This document shows positions 12,601 to 24,600 of a DNA stretch of 64,000 nucleotides, piece by piece (positions within the stretch are counted from its first letter, which is position 1; every line of letters begins with the position of its first letter). The DNA is from Camelus dromedarius (Eukaryota). The notes below the pieces were generated by a model. That model saw only the letters and a program-made list of their open reading frames with translations. It was not told the DNA's origin and ran no database searches. The stretch spans positions 1,364,001 to 1,428,000 of the forward strand of contig NC_087462.1 in the NCBI RefSeq assembly GCF_036321535.1. The letters run 5' to 3'. The position numbers and the translations under genes were made by a program.

Positions 12601-15600
12601 AGCTTTCAAAAACCAGACCCAGATAATTTTCTTGGTGATTCCTCGTAAAGTCCAAGAAAGACACTATCTACACGCAGTCTTCTCCAGGAGACGCAGGAGG
12701 GGACGCTTCCCAGCTCAGCGGGTGAGGCCACTAGTGACCCAACATTCCTCAGGGACACAGGCGCAGAGGGAGGGGAGGGAGGGGCTCACCTTCTTCACCA
12801 GGAGGCAGACATGGTGGCCCTGGATGGAGCGGCTGTACATGGAGGCGCAGGAGTCCACTCGTTCCACAACTGTGACAGAGGGCAGGGGTGAGGCAGGCCA
12901 CCTGGGGGCAGGGGTGGGGGCAAGCCACTCAATGGGAAAGCTAGGCCATCCACTAGCCACGTCCAATCCCTTACCAGAAAAATGGTGATGGAAACAGATC
13001 TTTGCCAGAAGGTTCTGGAACGACATGCTGATGCCGTCAACTTTGATGGAGCTCATGCTCAGGTCCCCAGACTCCAGCAACTTGGCGAAGGCATCACTGT
13101 GGGAAGGACACAAGACAGGGAGGGTGATGATGGGGGGTGCCAAGCATCAATGCACACAGAGACCCCAGCCCCAGGGTTGGGACCCCCTTTATGTGCTGGT
13201 GGCTCAGGGTTTCAAAGGGTCTCATAAGAAGTCAAGAACTGAACTGTCCCCAAAACTCCTATGTTGAAGCCCTGACCCACAGGACGTCAGATTGGGACTG
13301 TATTTGGAGACAGAGCCCTAATCCAGCATGACCGAGGTCCCGATCAGGCAGATGTGCACAAAGGGACGGTCCTGTGAGGACACAGGGAGAGGGTGGCTGT
13401 CTGCAGGCCAGAGAGGCCTCAGAAGGACCCAGCCCTGGTGACACTTTGGTCTCGGACGCCCAGCCTCCAGCACTGAAGGGGACCAATGCCTGCTGCCCGA
13501 GCCCAAGCCAACCAGCCCAGCAGACGGGCTGGGCTTTCTGCGCCGACCACGCGCCGGCCACCTAGCACTGCGTGCCTGTTCATGCCTCGGGTCAGAGGAG
13601 AGACACAGGGGCAGGCGGACGGCGGCGCACCTGTAGCAGGGCGTGGTGATCAAGTATGAGGTGCAGGGGAAGTGAAGCTTGAAGTCCAGCTTCTCGTGGG
13701 TGGAGCCTTCATCGTTCTGCCGGGAGGGGGCACAGGTGAGGGGCGCGCCAGGCCTCGGGCCTGGGCACACAGCCAGCCCTCAGCGCCCGGCCCTGGGTCT
13801 GGGGCCCTCCCCGTACCTTGGCGATGAAGGACAGGGTGCCCTTGAGCTTCTGCGCCATAACGATGCTCTGAATGGTGAACACAAACTGGGCTTCGTTGGA
13901 GATGCCTGGTGAAGGAGGAGAAGGGGCCTGAGAAGCAGTGAGGGGCAGGCGGGGGGCGGGGGCAGCGTGTGGCCAGGCAGCCGAGGCAGCACTCACCAGG
14001 CGGCAGCTGGAAAGGCACAGGGACGCCGTCGTGGACAGAGGAGCCCTCTGGCCGGGCCAGCCGGGCGTTGAGTGAGTCCAGCACGTTGAGCTCCATGCTC
14101 TTGAGGAAGCTGCTGCTCTGGTTCTCCAGGACCATGGACACTGTGACCCGGCTGTCCTCCTGAAGGCTGCCCTGGATGTCGTATGTCTGCACACAGAAGG
14201 CTGGGGTTGGTGGTGCAGGGGGCGCCAACCACAGACCTCTGTGGGCTGGACGAGAGGCCCGAGGGCAGGTGAGCAACATCCAGTCTCCTGGTGCAGACCC
14301 AGGGGACAGCGGTCTGTTTCCTCCCACGAGGAACCTGAGCTCCAGACTCCTCTGCAGCTTCCGGCTGTACCGGGGCTGAATGCAGCGAGTAGGCCGAGCC
14401 TCTAGCCCCCGCACAGCCAGAGAAAGGACCCTGAGCCTTCCCCAGCCCCTCCCTCTGAGACACCCAGGTCACTCACCATTTTAATGTAAGAATTTTCAGC
14501 CAGAAGGCAGTAGCTGGACATGGGCTAGGAACAAAAGGGAAACGTTTCAGTTTCAGGTAGCAGGGACCCGAGGGTGACGCCCGCTTACAGGACGAGGCCT
14601 GCTGTGAGCTGCCGAGTGCTCCGGGTGGAACACCAGGACCTCGGGGATGTCAGCCCGGTAGGCGGGCCAGACTGCGGGTGGGGCGCGGCCCTGCCGCCCG
14701 GCCCAGGCTCCGGCGTGGGCAGCACCCTCACCGGGAGAGGCTCCTCGTCCAGCGCGCCGTTCTCCACGGGCTCGGCAGCCCCTTCCCTCGATGCCTTCTT
14801 CCTGGATTTCTTCTTGTCTTTGGGCCTCTCCTCTTTGTCCTTCTTATGTTTCTTCTTCTTATGCTTGGAAGGTTTCTGAAATAGGAAGAGGCTCAAGTCA
14901 ACGCCACACGTCCGAACGAGCGCTGCACGGCCACACTCCCACCTCGAGACATGGGACCGAGTGTGCCCAGCTACGGGGCACACGTGCCAGGGTGAGCGGG
15001 CCAGCAGTCCCCGGGAGCTCACTGCTCCACCAGATGGTCCCTGCCGACTGCGGCCAAAGCACACAAGGGAAACCAGGAGAACTGAGACCGGACGGCCCGG
15101 CAACCACAAAACTTCTCAGCGTCCACTCAGGCCGACCAAGCACACACGTGCACATAACTCACGTGCTAAGCATGATTCACGGAGGCCAAAGTGTGGCAGC
15201 AGTGCAACACCCACAAACACCACATGTCCCTCCACACGCGCGAGCATCACTCAGCCGTGACCAGGAGAGCAGCCCTGACACCCGCCACCACAGGGACGGA
15301 CCCTGAGAGCGCGGTGCTCAGTGAGAGAAGCAGACACAGAAGGACACGCAGCGTGTGAGTCCATGGATGTGAGACGTCCAGAACAGGCCAGTCCCCAGAC
15401 ACAGGGAGGGGGTTCCTGGTTGTCAGGGGCTGGGGGGGGGACGGGACAGGGGTGATTGCTGATGGGATGGGGTTCTCTTTTGGGGCATGGAATGTTCTGG
15501 AACTAGAGATGATGGTGACCCCACTCTGTGAATGTACCACATACACATCAGCAAATGGCTTACTTTGAAGAGGTGAACGTCACAGCGTAAGAGTCACAAA

Positions 15601-18600
15601 GCCGCAGAAACCAGAGCACCACGAGCACAGCCACAGGAGACCCCCCGTCAGAAGTGCCCAGCGCACCCGACGTTGGGATGCGGGCAGCGGGTAGGCACCT
15701 CCCCCAAACCTGGCTCTCCGCGCATGGCGCCCCCACCTTCTCTGGGTCCTGTTCCCCCTCATCAGCAGCCTGCTCCTCTCCCTGGGGCTCCTCGCGCTCC
15801 TCCTCAGGGGCAGTGACCGAGGCCTTCACCCCGGGCTCTTCCTGCAGGGAGCCAGGTCAGGGGCTGGAAGGGCAGCTGGAGCCCAGACGAGGAGACCCGC
15901 CCTCGTTCCAGGGACGCCCCTCAGGGACAAGCCTCCCTTGCTCCAACAAGCGTGTTGTAGCCCGTGGGCACGACTCCCAGCAGGTGAGATTGGCCAGTAG
16001 AGGGGAAAGGGGCCTGGCCTAAGACCGGCTGGCACTGACTGTGGTCCCGGCACCAGACCCCAGAGCCACCAGACTCTGGCCACTAACACGAAGTGGCTGC
16101 TCAGGGTTGCTGCCCGGCTCTGGGGGACCAGGCTGTGCCGAGGGCCGGCCATGCAGCCAGTGCCTGGGTGAGACCTAGGGCACAGGACCAAGCTGGCCCA
16201 AACCTGGCTCGTCTTGCCAGGGTCCCCCCACATCCTTCTAGTGCGGGGGCTCAGGAGACTGGAAGGGCTGTAGACGATGGAAGGGAAGGCGCAGGGCCAG
16301 TGGGGAACCGAGGGGGCGGCCCTGATGCCTTCGAGAAGCAGCCCTTCACAGCTGGGAAACATGCCCAGCCAAGGAGCACTGGGGTCAGTGCAGGCTGCTG
16401 CAGGCTCTTACCGGGGCCGGGGCAGCAGCAGGCGGCGTGGTGGACAGCCAGAAGTCTAGGTCCTCACCCTGAAACCACAGGAATCGGGGCTTTTGGCCAG
16501 AGCAGCAGGACAGGCCCTGCCAGGAGCAGACACTGCAGCTCTGCCAAGTGTGCAGGCAGCCGGCGGCGTCTCCAGCGCTGGGAGGACGCTGCAGCCCTGC
16601 CGGTACCAGGCCACCAGGTGGACTCACGCTGCTACGTGGCGAAGGGACACGACCAACGCACGGCACTTCTGTTAAGGCCCTTCCCCCTCACGTGTGCAAC
16701 AGGCCGCGACGCAGGAGGCGGCCCCAGCAGCCCCGGCCGGCAGTGCCCGGGAGCTGTGGACAGCCTGCCCGCCGCCCACTCACCCTCCCCGCCGCCTCCT
16801 TCTTCCCCCTCCCCCGCTCTTTCTCCTTGTGCTGCTTCTCCTTCTTTTTGGGTTTCTTGCTCTTCTTTTCCACGACGGGGACGTCCTCTTTCTCAGGGGA
16901 CTTGGAGGTCTCGGCGTTTCTGTGTTTCTGGACGGGCAGCTTCTCGCTGTCAGCTAGGGGCCTGGCAGGGGGCAGGGGCGGGTCAGGAGGAGCATCCTGG
17001 GACGGGGCCTGGAGGGAGCCCCTCTGCCCCGCCACAGGCCATGCTGCGCAGTGAACAGGACAGAATGCAGGCTCCGGCTCAGCCCTGTGCTTACTTATCT
17101 AAGTCGATGTCCAGGGCCCTGTAGGGATCATTGGGGTCTTTGTCGTCCTCGTCGCTGGGCAGGGCGTTCTGCGGGACGAGAGAAACCCTGCGTCCAGTCC
17201 GACCCACACTGCCTGCGACCCTGCCCAGCCTTATGGGCCCGCAGAGCCCCCACTCCTTGCAAACGGACCACCAGATCACACCCAGGAGGGCATCTGACCT
17301 GGGGCTGGGTGCTCGGCACAGGCAGTGAGGTCAGGACATGAGACAGAGTGGGAGTGGGGGGACACCGCTTACAGCCACAGGACAGAGCTGGCCCCAGACA
17401 CAGAGGCAGCAGGGACCGGCAGGCCTCTGTGAGGACGGCCACAGAGCCAGGAAGCCAGTCCTCATGGGGGTGGCCCCCTTCCTCGGTGGAGGGAGTCCTG
17501 GCACGCGCACAGGCAGCAGCTGACCTCCGGCATCTCCTCAGTGACGATGTCCACGCGCTGGGCTGGCGCGATGTCCTCGTCGCTCTCCGTGTGCAGCGAG
17601 CTGTGGCGCCGGGTGCCCCGCCTCTCCCGCTCTCTCTTCTTCTTCCTCTTCCTGTCCTTCTCTAGCCTCTGCTGGTGCCGCCGCTCCTCCTCCAGCTTCA
17701 CGTACTGGTCCGACATGGGCATCCCTGCCACCGGGCGCACACCCCACGCTCAGCCCAGAGCCGCGACACATTCTGCCCGCCAGCACCCCACAGCCCTGGA
17801 AGCCACGCTTGGGCCGAAGGGACATGTGGGCACCGTGCTCCAGGCCCCTGGATGTGGGCAGAGGCTTTCTGAAGGCAGTGGGGACGGTGTGGGTAGAACC
17901 TGGGGAAGCAGGGTGTGCATCCCTCCCTGCTCAGATGGGGAGGTGGGACGAGGTTCAGGGAAGAGCTGGAGCGCAGGCCTGAGGCTGCATCTGCACTGTG
18001 CCTGGGGCCCCGCCCCCTTGCCCTGGGCTGGTGCACACACTTGCCTGGCACCTTCAGGGGCACCGAGAGGTCAATCTGCACCACGGGAATGTGGTCCACA
18101 CCTGGCGTGTCCTGGTACCGCTGGAGAGGAAACACCAAGGTGCCTGTCACTAAGCAGGGTGGCCGGCACGGTGGGAAGTGCCGATGCCCCGGAGCAAGGA
18201 GTCACAACGGCGGGGCGGGGGTTGTCAGCCCAAACCAGCACAGGGCAGATGCGAGACTTCAATTGGATCCCATATCAATCATCTTTTTCCCAAGTGGGAA
18301 AAGTAGTGCAGGCTTGGAGCCCGGTGACGGCGCTCCAGCCCCCAGGACTGCTCAGCTCAGAAAAGCCAACACGCAGGTCTGGGCCTCAGAGAGCAGCACC
18401 TGCCACATGGAGCCACGTCTCCCCGGGAGCCCAGTGTGGTGATGGGGTCCGCTGGGCTCCCGTCGGTGGGGGGGGTGCGGAAGAAGGTGGTGGCGTCCCC
18501 ATGTGTCCACTCCCTCCAAGCCAGGGTGCCACCTCTGCAGCTCCCCGACCCACAGGGAAGCCCACCCACGGGTGAGTGCAGGACTTGTGCCCCGGGTCTG

Positions 18601-21600
18601 GGTGTCGGGAAGCCCCTCTTGATACTACCTGTGGAACTGACCAGACAGCCCAGTGCTACCTGTGGACAGAGCGCAGACATGGCCCTGGGGGAGCACCCCT
18701 CAAGGATGGGCGGCCGGGCTCACCTTCTGGGGGGACGGGGAGCTCTTGATGTAGAATGGGTTGTTGGCCTGCTCCTGCTTCCGGGCCTCCCTGCGCTGTG
18801 GGGTGGGGTTCAGCGAGCACATGAGCAGACACACAGAACACGGGCCCTCCACGCACCAAGCTCAGGTGGGGCGGGGGTCCCTCACTGTTTTCACCGTTGC
18901 CCTTGGACCCACAGAAGGCCGGCGCAGGGCAGGTGCAGGTGTGGAGACAGGCACGAGAACCCAGGAGGTCTGAGACGGGGGTTCAGAGAGGCCAGGTACT
19001 CTGGGACAAAGGATGGGCGTGGCTGGGCAGAAAGGCCCTGCGGGGACAGGGGTGGGGTTGCAGCATCTCTGCTTCTGTCCTCTGCAGAAGGAGGGCGGGG
19101 AGGAGGGGCAGGCAGGTGCTGTGTGTCGCAGGCATCACGGGCCCTGAGCTCGTGGTCAGGCCCCACAGCCCTCCCTGGGAAGAAGCTCCTGGCTCAAGAA
19201 GCCAGTTCTCGTTTCAACCAAACCCAACCTGAGGTTGAAGGTCAACTCGGCACTGCCCGGAGGATAGCAGGACACTGAGCCCAGGCTCCCCACCAGTGCT
19301 CACCCGGGCCAGCTCCTGCTCGTCTGCCTCGGGCGGCCGCTGCTTGGCCGGTCGCTGCTCCTCGTCGTGGAAGATGGCCTTGGGCGCCTCGTCCTCAGAC
19401 TCGCTGTCTGAAAGTGGCTCGTTGATCCAGGCATCCAGGTCCAGGCTGCAGGACACAGTGAGGTCACACGGCGGCTCCGGCCTGTGCGCCTGGACCTGGA
19501 TGCTGCCGTCCCCTTGGAGACAAGGACATGAAGACTGGGCAGCTGCTTGAGGTCATAGCGGGCAAGGCAGACTATGGACCGTGGGGTCTGGGCCTCTCCA
19601 CATTCTCACGCTGCCCCCAAGGTCTGCAGCGAAGACCTGTTTTCCTGGGGTGGCGTCAGAACCAGCAAGTGCCCCCTTGTACAGCCCACGCGAGGTGGCC
19701 TGTCCCGTTGCCAGGGGCTCAGGCCTCAGGGGGCCTCCCTCCAACCCTCTTGCTTCTCACACGGATGTCCTTCTGATCCCACTGGCCCTCTTGTCCCCCT
19801 GGCTGTGTCCTCTGATGGGTCACACGGCTCACCCTTCGGGGACTGGAACCTTCTTCTGTGCCTTGGGAGCCACAGGGTTCAGCTCCCCAGCAAACAGGGC
19901 ACTCACTTCTTCTGCCACCGGCATGTCCTTGGCCTGAAGCTTCTGGACGTGCTTGACCAGCTGTAAGATGCAGGATGCCTGCGGGGCCATGAGGCAGTCA
20001 AGGGGGAATCAGAGCACCAGCCCTGAAGGCCACTCAGCCACTGGGGGCATTGCTCAGACTGTGCGGACACCCCACTCCTCCTTGCCAAAGTGGCACCAGG
20101 AGGTTCCGTAAGGAGCCGCTGGCTGGGGCAGGCCCCAGCCAGGAAGAAACCAGCCCAGCTGCAATCTCCTTTACGAGGAAGACATAAAAACAGGCTCACG
20201 TGGAAGACGAGAGGTCAGGGGCAGAGGGAGCGCCGCCCCACATGACAATTGCCCCAAGGACCAGCAGTGCCTATTTCCAGGAGGCACCTGGGCTCCGCCA
20301 GAGCACGGCCCCCAGCCAGCAGGCAGGCTCAAGTCAACACTTGCCTGAGACAGCAGGGGCGCCCAGGCCACTGAGTGCTGGCGAGGGGTGGGGGTCTGGG
20401 TAGTTGAAGACCCCCCATCACAGAGGGCACAAAGAGCAGGATGCCAAGCCACCAATGCCAATGTTAACACCTCAAGTTCCCCACAATCAGTTTTCCGCCA
20501 CCACCCGTCCAGTGCCCTCCGGACACCTGTCACCTCTGACACTTCCTGCTCTGGGCAATGGATCCCGGAGTCAGGCCAATCACGAACTCCGATAGGGTCT
20601 TCCATCTGCTCACTGTCTCCTGCCTCTCCGCCCACTCACTAGATTCCACCCGCAGACGACCACCCAGGGCCTCCCTGGGACACTGACTCCGAAACTGCCC
20701 ATGCTCCAGGGCGGGGGCGCATTCACAAAAAAGCATTTGCTGAGCTGCTTCCTGGGAAGAGAAAAGCCAGCGCTCCGGGGGCTGACCGGCTCCCTGAGAC
20801 ATGCTGACGGGCCCGTACTCACCCGCTCCTGGACCTCCAAGTCTGCACTCTGCACGAACTGGGGCAACCGCTCCACCAGGAGCTGGGTGGCCTCCTGGGC
20901 CGCCTGCGAGTCCCCGGCCTGCTCCTTCTGCTGCAGGATGGCCGCATACAGCTTGACCACATTCTGCACGTACACAGCCTGGATGTGGCCTGGCAGGGTG
21001 GTGACTCTGGGCCGCAACATGGCCTCCAGGGTCCGCTGGGGCTCCTGCAGGTGCCTGAGAAGGGGGGGGGTGAGCACCTGTTCCAGGGTCTGCAGTGGTC
21101 ACTGCGTCCCTCTCCCCCAGACCTCCCCTCCGCGCCAGGGGCTGAGGGAAGGGATCTGAGGGAAAAACACAACGGTCAGGAACAACTGGACAGGAAAAGT
21201 TGAGAAAAAAAGAGAAGAAAACCAAATTAACAGCATGAGTTTGGGAAGGAACAACCCGTGGCAGCAACGTGCAAGGATGACAGGTCAGCTGGGAACAGAC
21301 CCAACCGTCTGGGGGACAGAGGTGGGTCCAGGTCACACAGACTTCTCACTGGTTCTCGTGATAGGAAGCGTTCGTGGTGAGAGCAGCTTTGTCCCAAAAA
21401 GCAGGTGAGGGGGGGAGGCACGGCCAGTTGGCATGGCAGCTGTTGGAGCGCGAGGCCCCAGGGCCGGGTCTGTGGGTACACCCCCCGCCCCCACCGGAGC
21501 AGGAGGCCCGCTGGTGCCCACTCACTCAGAGAACTCGCCGCAGATCCAGGCGGCTGCGTAGAGCACCTCGCAGATGCCGTTGCGCTGGGTGCTGCTGGCC

Positions 21601-24600
21601 ACCAGGTGTGCACTGTCGAGCAGCGCGGACATCTGTGACACGGCGAACCTGCGGATGGCCTTCACGCGGATGGCCACGTCCAGCATCTGCGCGGCGATGA
21701 GGTGACCATGGCGGGTGCCTTCCAGCCGAGTCAGCTCTACCAGGATGCTAATGTACCTGCGGGACAGAGGAGATGAGGACACAGCGGGGCACCCGCCCCC
21801 CTCGCCCTTGCCAGGCTGGGCCACACCGCTTGAAGTTGGTGACGTGCTGGTAGTCCCCCTACTCCCCCCCGGACCCCCCGCCCCCACCAGGCTGGGCCGC
21901 ACCACTCGAAGTTGGTGATGTGCTGGTAGTTGGACTGGCTGCAGATGTCGATGATCTTCGTGAGCAGCTCATCGCGGTAGGCCGTGCCCTCGGCCTTGTC
22001 CACGTGCATCATCAGCTTCTTGACGATCTCCATTAAGTTCTTCTTGGACACCTGGGGGCGGGGGCTGGTGAGGGAGGGGCTGGCTGGGCACGCGGGGGCC
22101 GCTGCGCCTGGGGGGAGGGCACGCACCATTCCGTACAGGAGGTCCAGGGCCCGCAGCCGGATGGACTCGTCCTTGTCGTCCAGGCACTGCAGGACGAGGT
22201 CCTTGTGGGCCTGCACAGACTTGGGATGCGTCCTCAGGATCTTGGACATGGCCAGTAGCCCCAGGTACTTTACTGCAGGGACAGGGGGCCACCATTAAAC
22301 CTGGATGTGGCCAGGAGAGAGCGAGGCCTGCAGCCCCAGCCTGCTGCGCGGACCTGACCACCTGGGCACCGCTGGCACGTGTCTCTCGGGCACCAGATGC
22401 CACTGCCCACCTCGATCAGCCCCAAGGCACGATCATCTAAACCAGCAGCAGCTAGTGTGCTGCAGGCCCAGTCCAGCCACAGCCCGCCTTCTGTAAGGAG
22501 GTCTATGGGCGCGACACATCTGTCACCTACCCTGTGCGTACCAGGCGGCTTCTGCACTACAACGGCAGAGACCGCAGCCCACATAGCTTGTTAAGTTACC
22601 GAAAAGCAGTACCAGCAGCACCGTGCACCGCCCTGTCTGATAACCTCAGGGAGCCCAGAGCAGCCCCGTGGGAACGCCCCCTCTGCCTGCTGTGCCCCTC
22701 CCGGTCTGAGCACTCCCTTCACATCAGCCCCTCCCCCGGCTCCTCCCTGCAGCTGGGGCTCAAAGAGCAAGCTGGGGCCTTCCAAGGACCTCGGCTGGGT
22801 TCCCACCTCCCCGTGGCAATGGGCGCGTGGCCCAGTGCCTGAAGACCTTGCCAGCTGGACAGGGCTGAGCACAGGCTAAGACGCTAGCAGGAAGGAGCCC
22901 GTCACGCAGACCAAGGGCAGTTTTCACGGAGGAAGCTGTCGGTAAGCCTGGTACCCGCCTTCCGCCCAGGAAGGGAAGAGCCTGACTCATGGGAGCTGAG
23001 GCTGCAGGAACTGCAGGGCTCGGAGGGAGAAGGACTCACGGTTCTGATCGGAGTCTTCTATTAGTATCCTTAGCTTCTGAACACAGAGCTGCCGAGTGGG
23101 GAGAACACTGGTCATGCCCTTTAAACCAGCGGTGGAGCCAGCCAGCCCGGGCCTGCCTCACACCCGTCCCCCGAGTCCCGAGGGCCTGGCGGTCAGTCGA
23201 GAGGGAGGCAAGGAGCACTGAGGCCAAAGAGGGGGCAGCCCCAGGTGCCTGGGCAGGGGAGAGGCTGGTGGAGCACCCACTACACAGAGAAGGGGTGCCC
23301 GTCCATGCTGAGTACAGAGAGCAGGCCGCCCGACATCGACGCAGACAGGGCCCACAGAAACGCGCCAGGGCTGCGGCGGGCGCCACGTGTCCACCCTTCA
23401 GACATGTGCTGCGGGGCCATGGTTGCACCCTCCCAGGGCTAAGGGTGGGCCAATATCTGTCAGAATTGGGCAGAGGGGAGCAGGGCCCACGGTCGTACCT
23501 GGATGCTGGCGCTGTGGTTGGGCATGCCGGAGGACAGGGAGATGAGCACTGGAACAGAGCAGTCAGTGAGGAGCGCGGCGCACACAGCCCGCACCCATGT
23601 CCACCGGGGGCATCGCCTCTGGGCCCAGGGGAGGGACCCGAGCCGGAAACGCACTGGTGGGAACTGATTGTGAACAACGGGTTAATACAGCAGGTCTGAC
23701 TGCTAGCCTGGGGAGGTGGGTGTCCAGAACCAGACCTGGGGCTCCCATCCCTATACTGCCTGTGCAGACATGGGGTCCAAATGGGCACCTCCTCTCCTCC
23801 TGGAGACTGGGGTCTCAGCCCTGCCAGGCAGAGGTGCCTGCATGACCGACCCCAGTGAGAAACCAGGCTGGGTCTCTGGGGCCAAGAGAGCAGAGCAGAG
23901 CAGAGTCCCCAGGCACCAGGGGTCCTAGTCCAGGGTAGGTCCATGGGCCACAGCCCACTGAGGCCCAAGGGCCCCAAGGAGGACCAGCCCCGCCTCCTCT
24001 CCGCATGCCCACTCACTCCAGCCATCGCCAGGGCCATGAGTCACTCTGCCATGCCCCGGTCTGCCCCACGGACCTTTCTGGACACAGGGGCCGCCCCCAA
24101 GTCCCATGCTTGCCCTTTCCCTCCCTGCTCCTGTCGCTGACCCTCAGGGACGCTCGTGGCCCGCACAGCAGTCACGAGCATGGACCCCCGGCCAGTGTCG
24201 TCTGCACTGCTGAACCTGACACTGCCTGTGGCCCTGCAAGGAGCATCCCAACAGTCCTGGGCAGGGACAGGCAGGCAGCAAGAAGCCGAACCCCTCAGGT
24301 TGCCAGTAACTCCCCGCGTCTACAAGAACCCGGGCTGCAGGGACACGCAACCCAGGCAGGCCAACTCCAACTAACGGCCTCTACGGAGACCTTCTGGGGA
24401 GCGTGTGCTGACTAAGGCTCGCAAAGGCTCTCTGCTGTAGGTCTACACTTCAGACTTCACAGGGGAAGTGGAACAATGCCTGAGATCTGCTCTGAAATGC
24501 TCAAGAAGATGGGTCTTGCTGGTGGGTGTGGCAGACGCCAAGGCACAGGAAAAACGCTGGAGCCAGGGCCAGCTGGGGGCTTCCAAAGGGACTGCGGACA

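Noticed and set aside
16093-18575. 343-aa and 344-aa plus-strand ORFs
   Set aside because: Antisense to AP3D1 exons and introns, low-complexity A/G/P/R/S composition; expected from stop-codon scarcity at this GC content.
23036-24037. 333-aa minus-strand ORF inside AP3D1
   Set aside because: Crosses exons 10-11 out of frame, has no recognisable domain, and is a GC-rich intron artefact.
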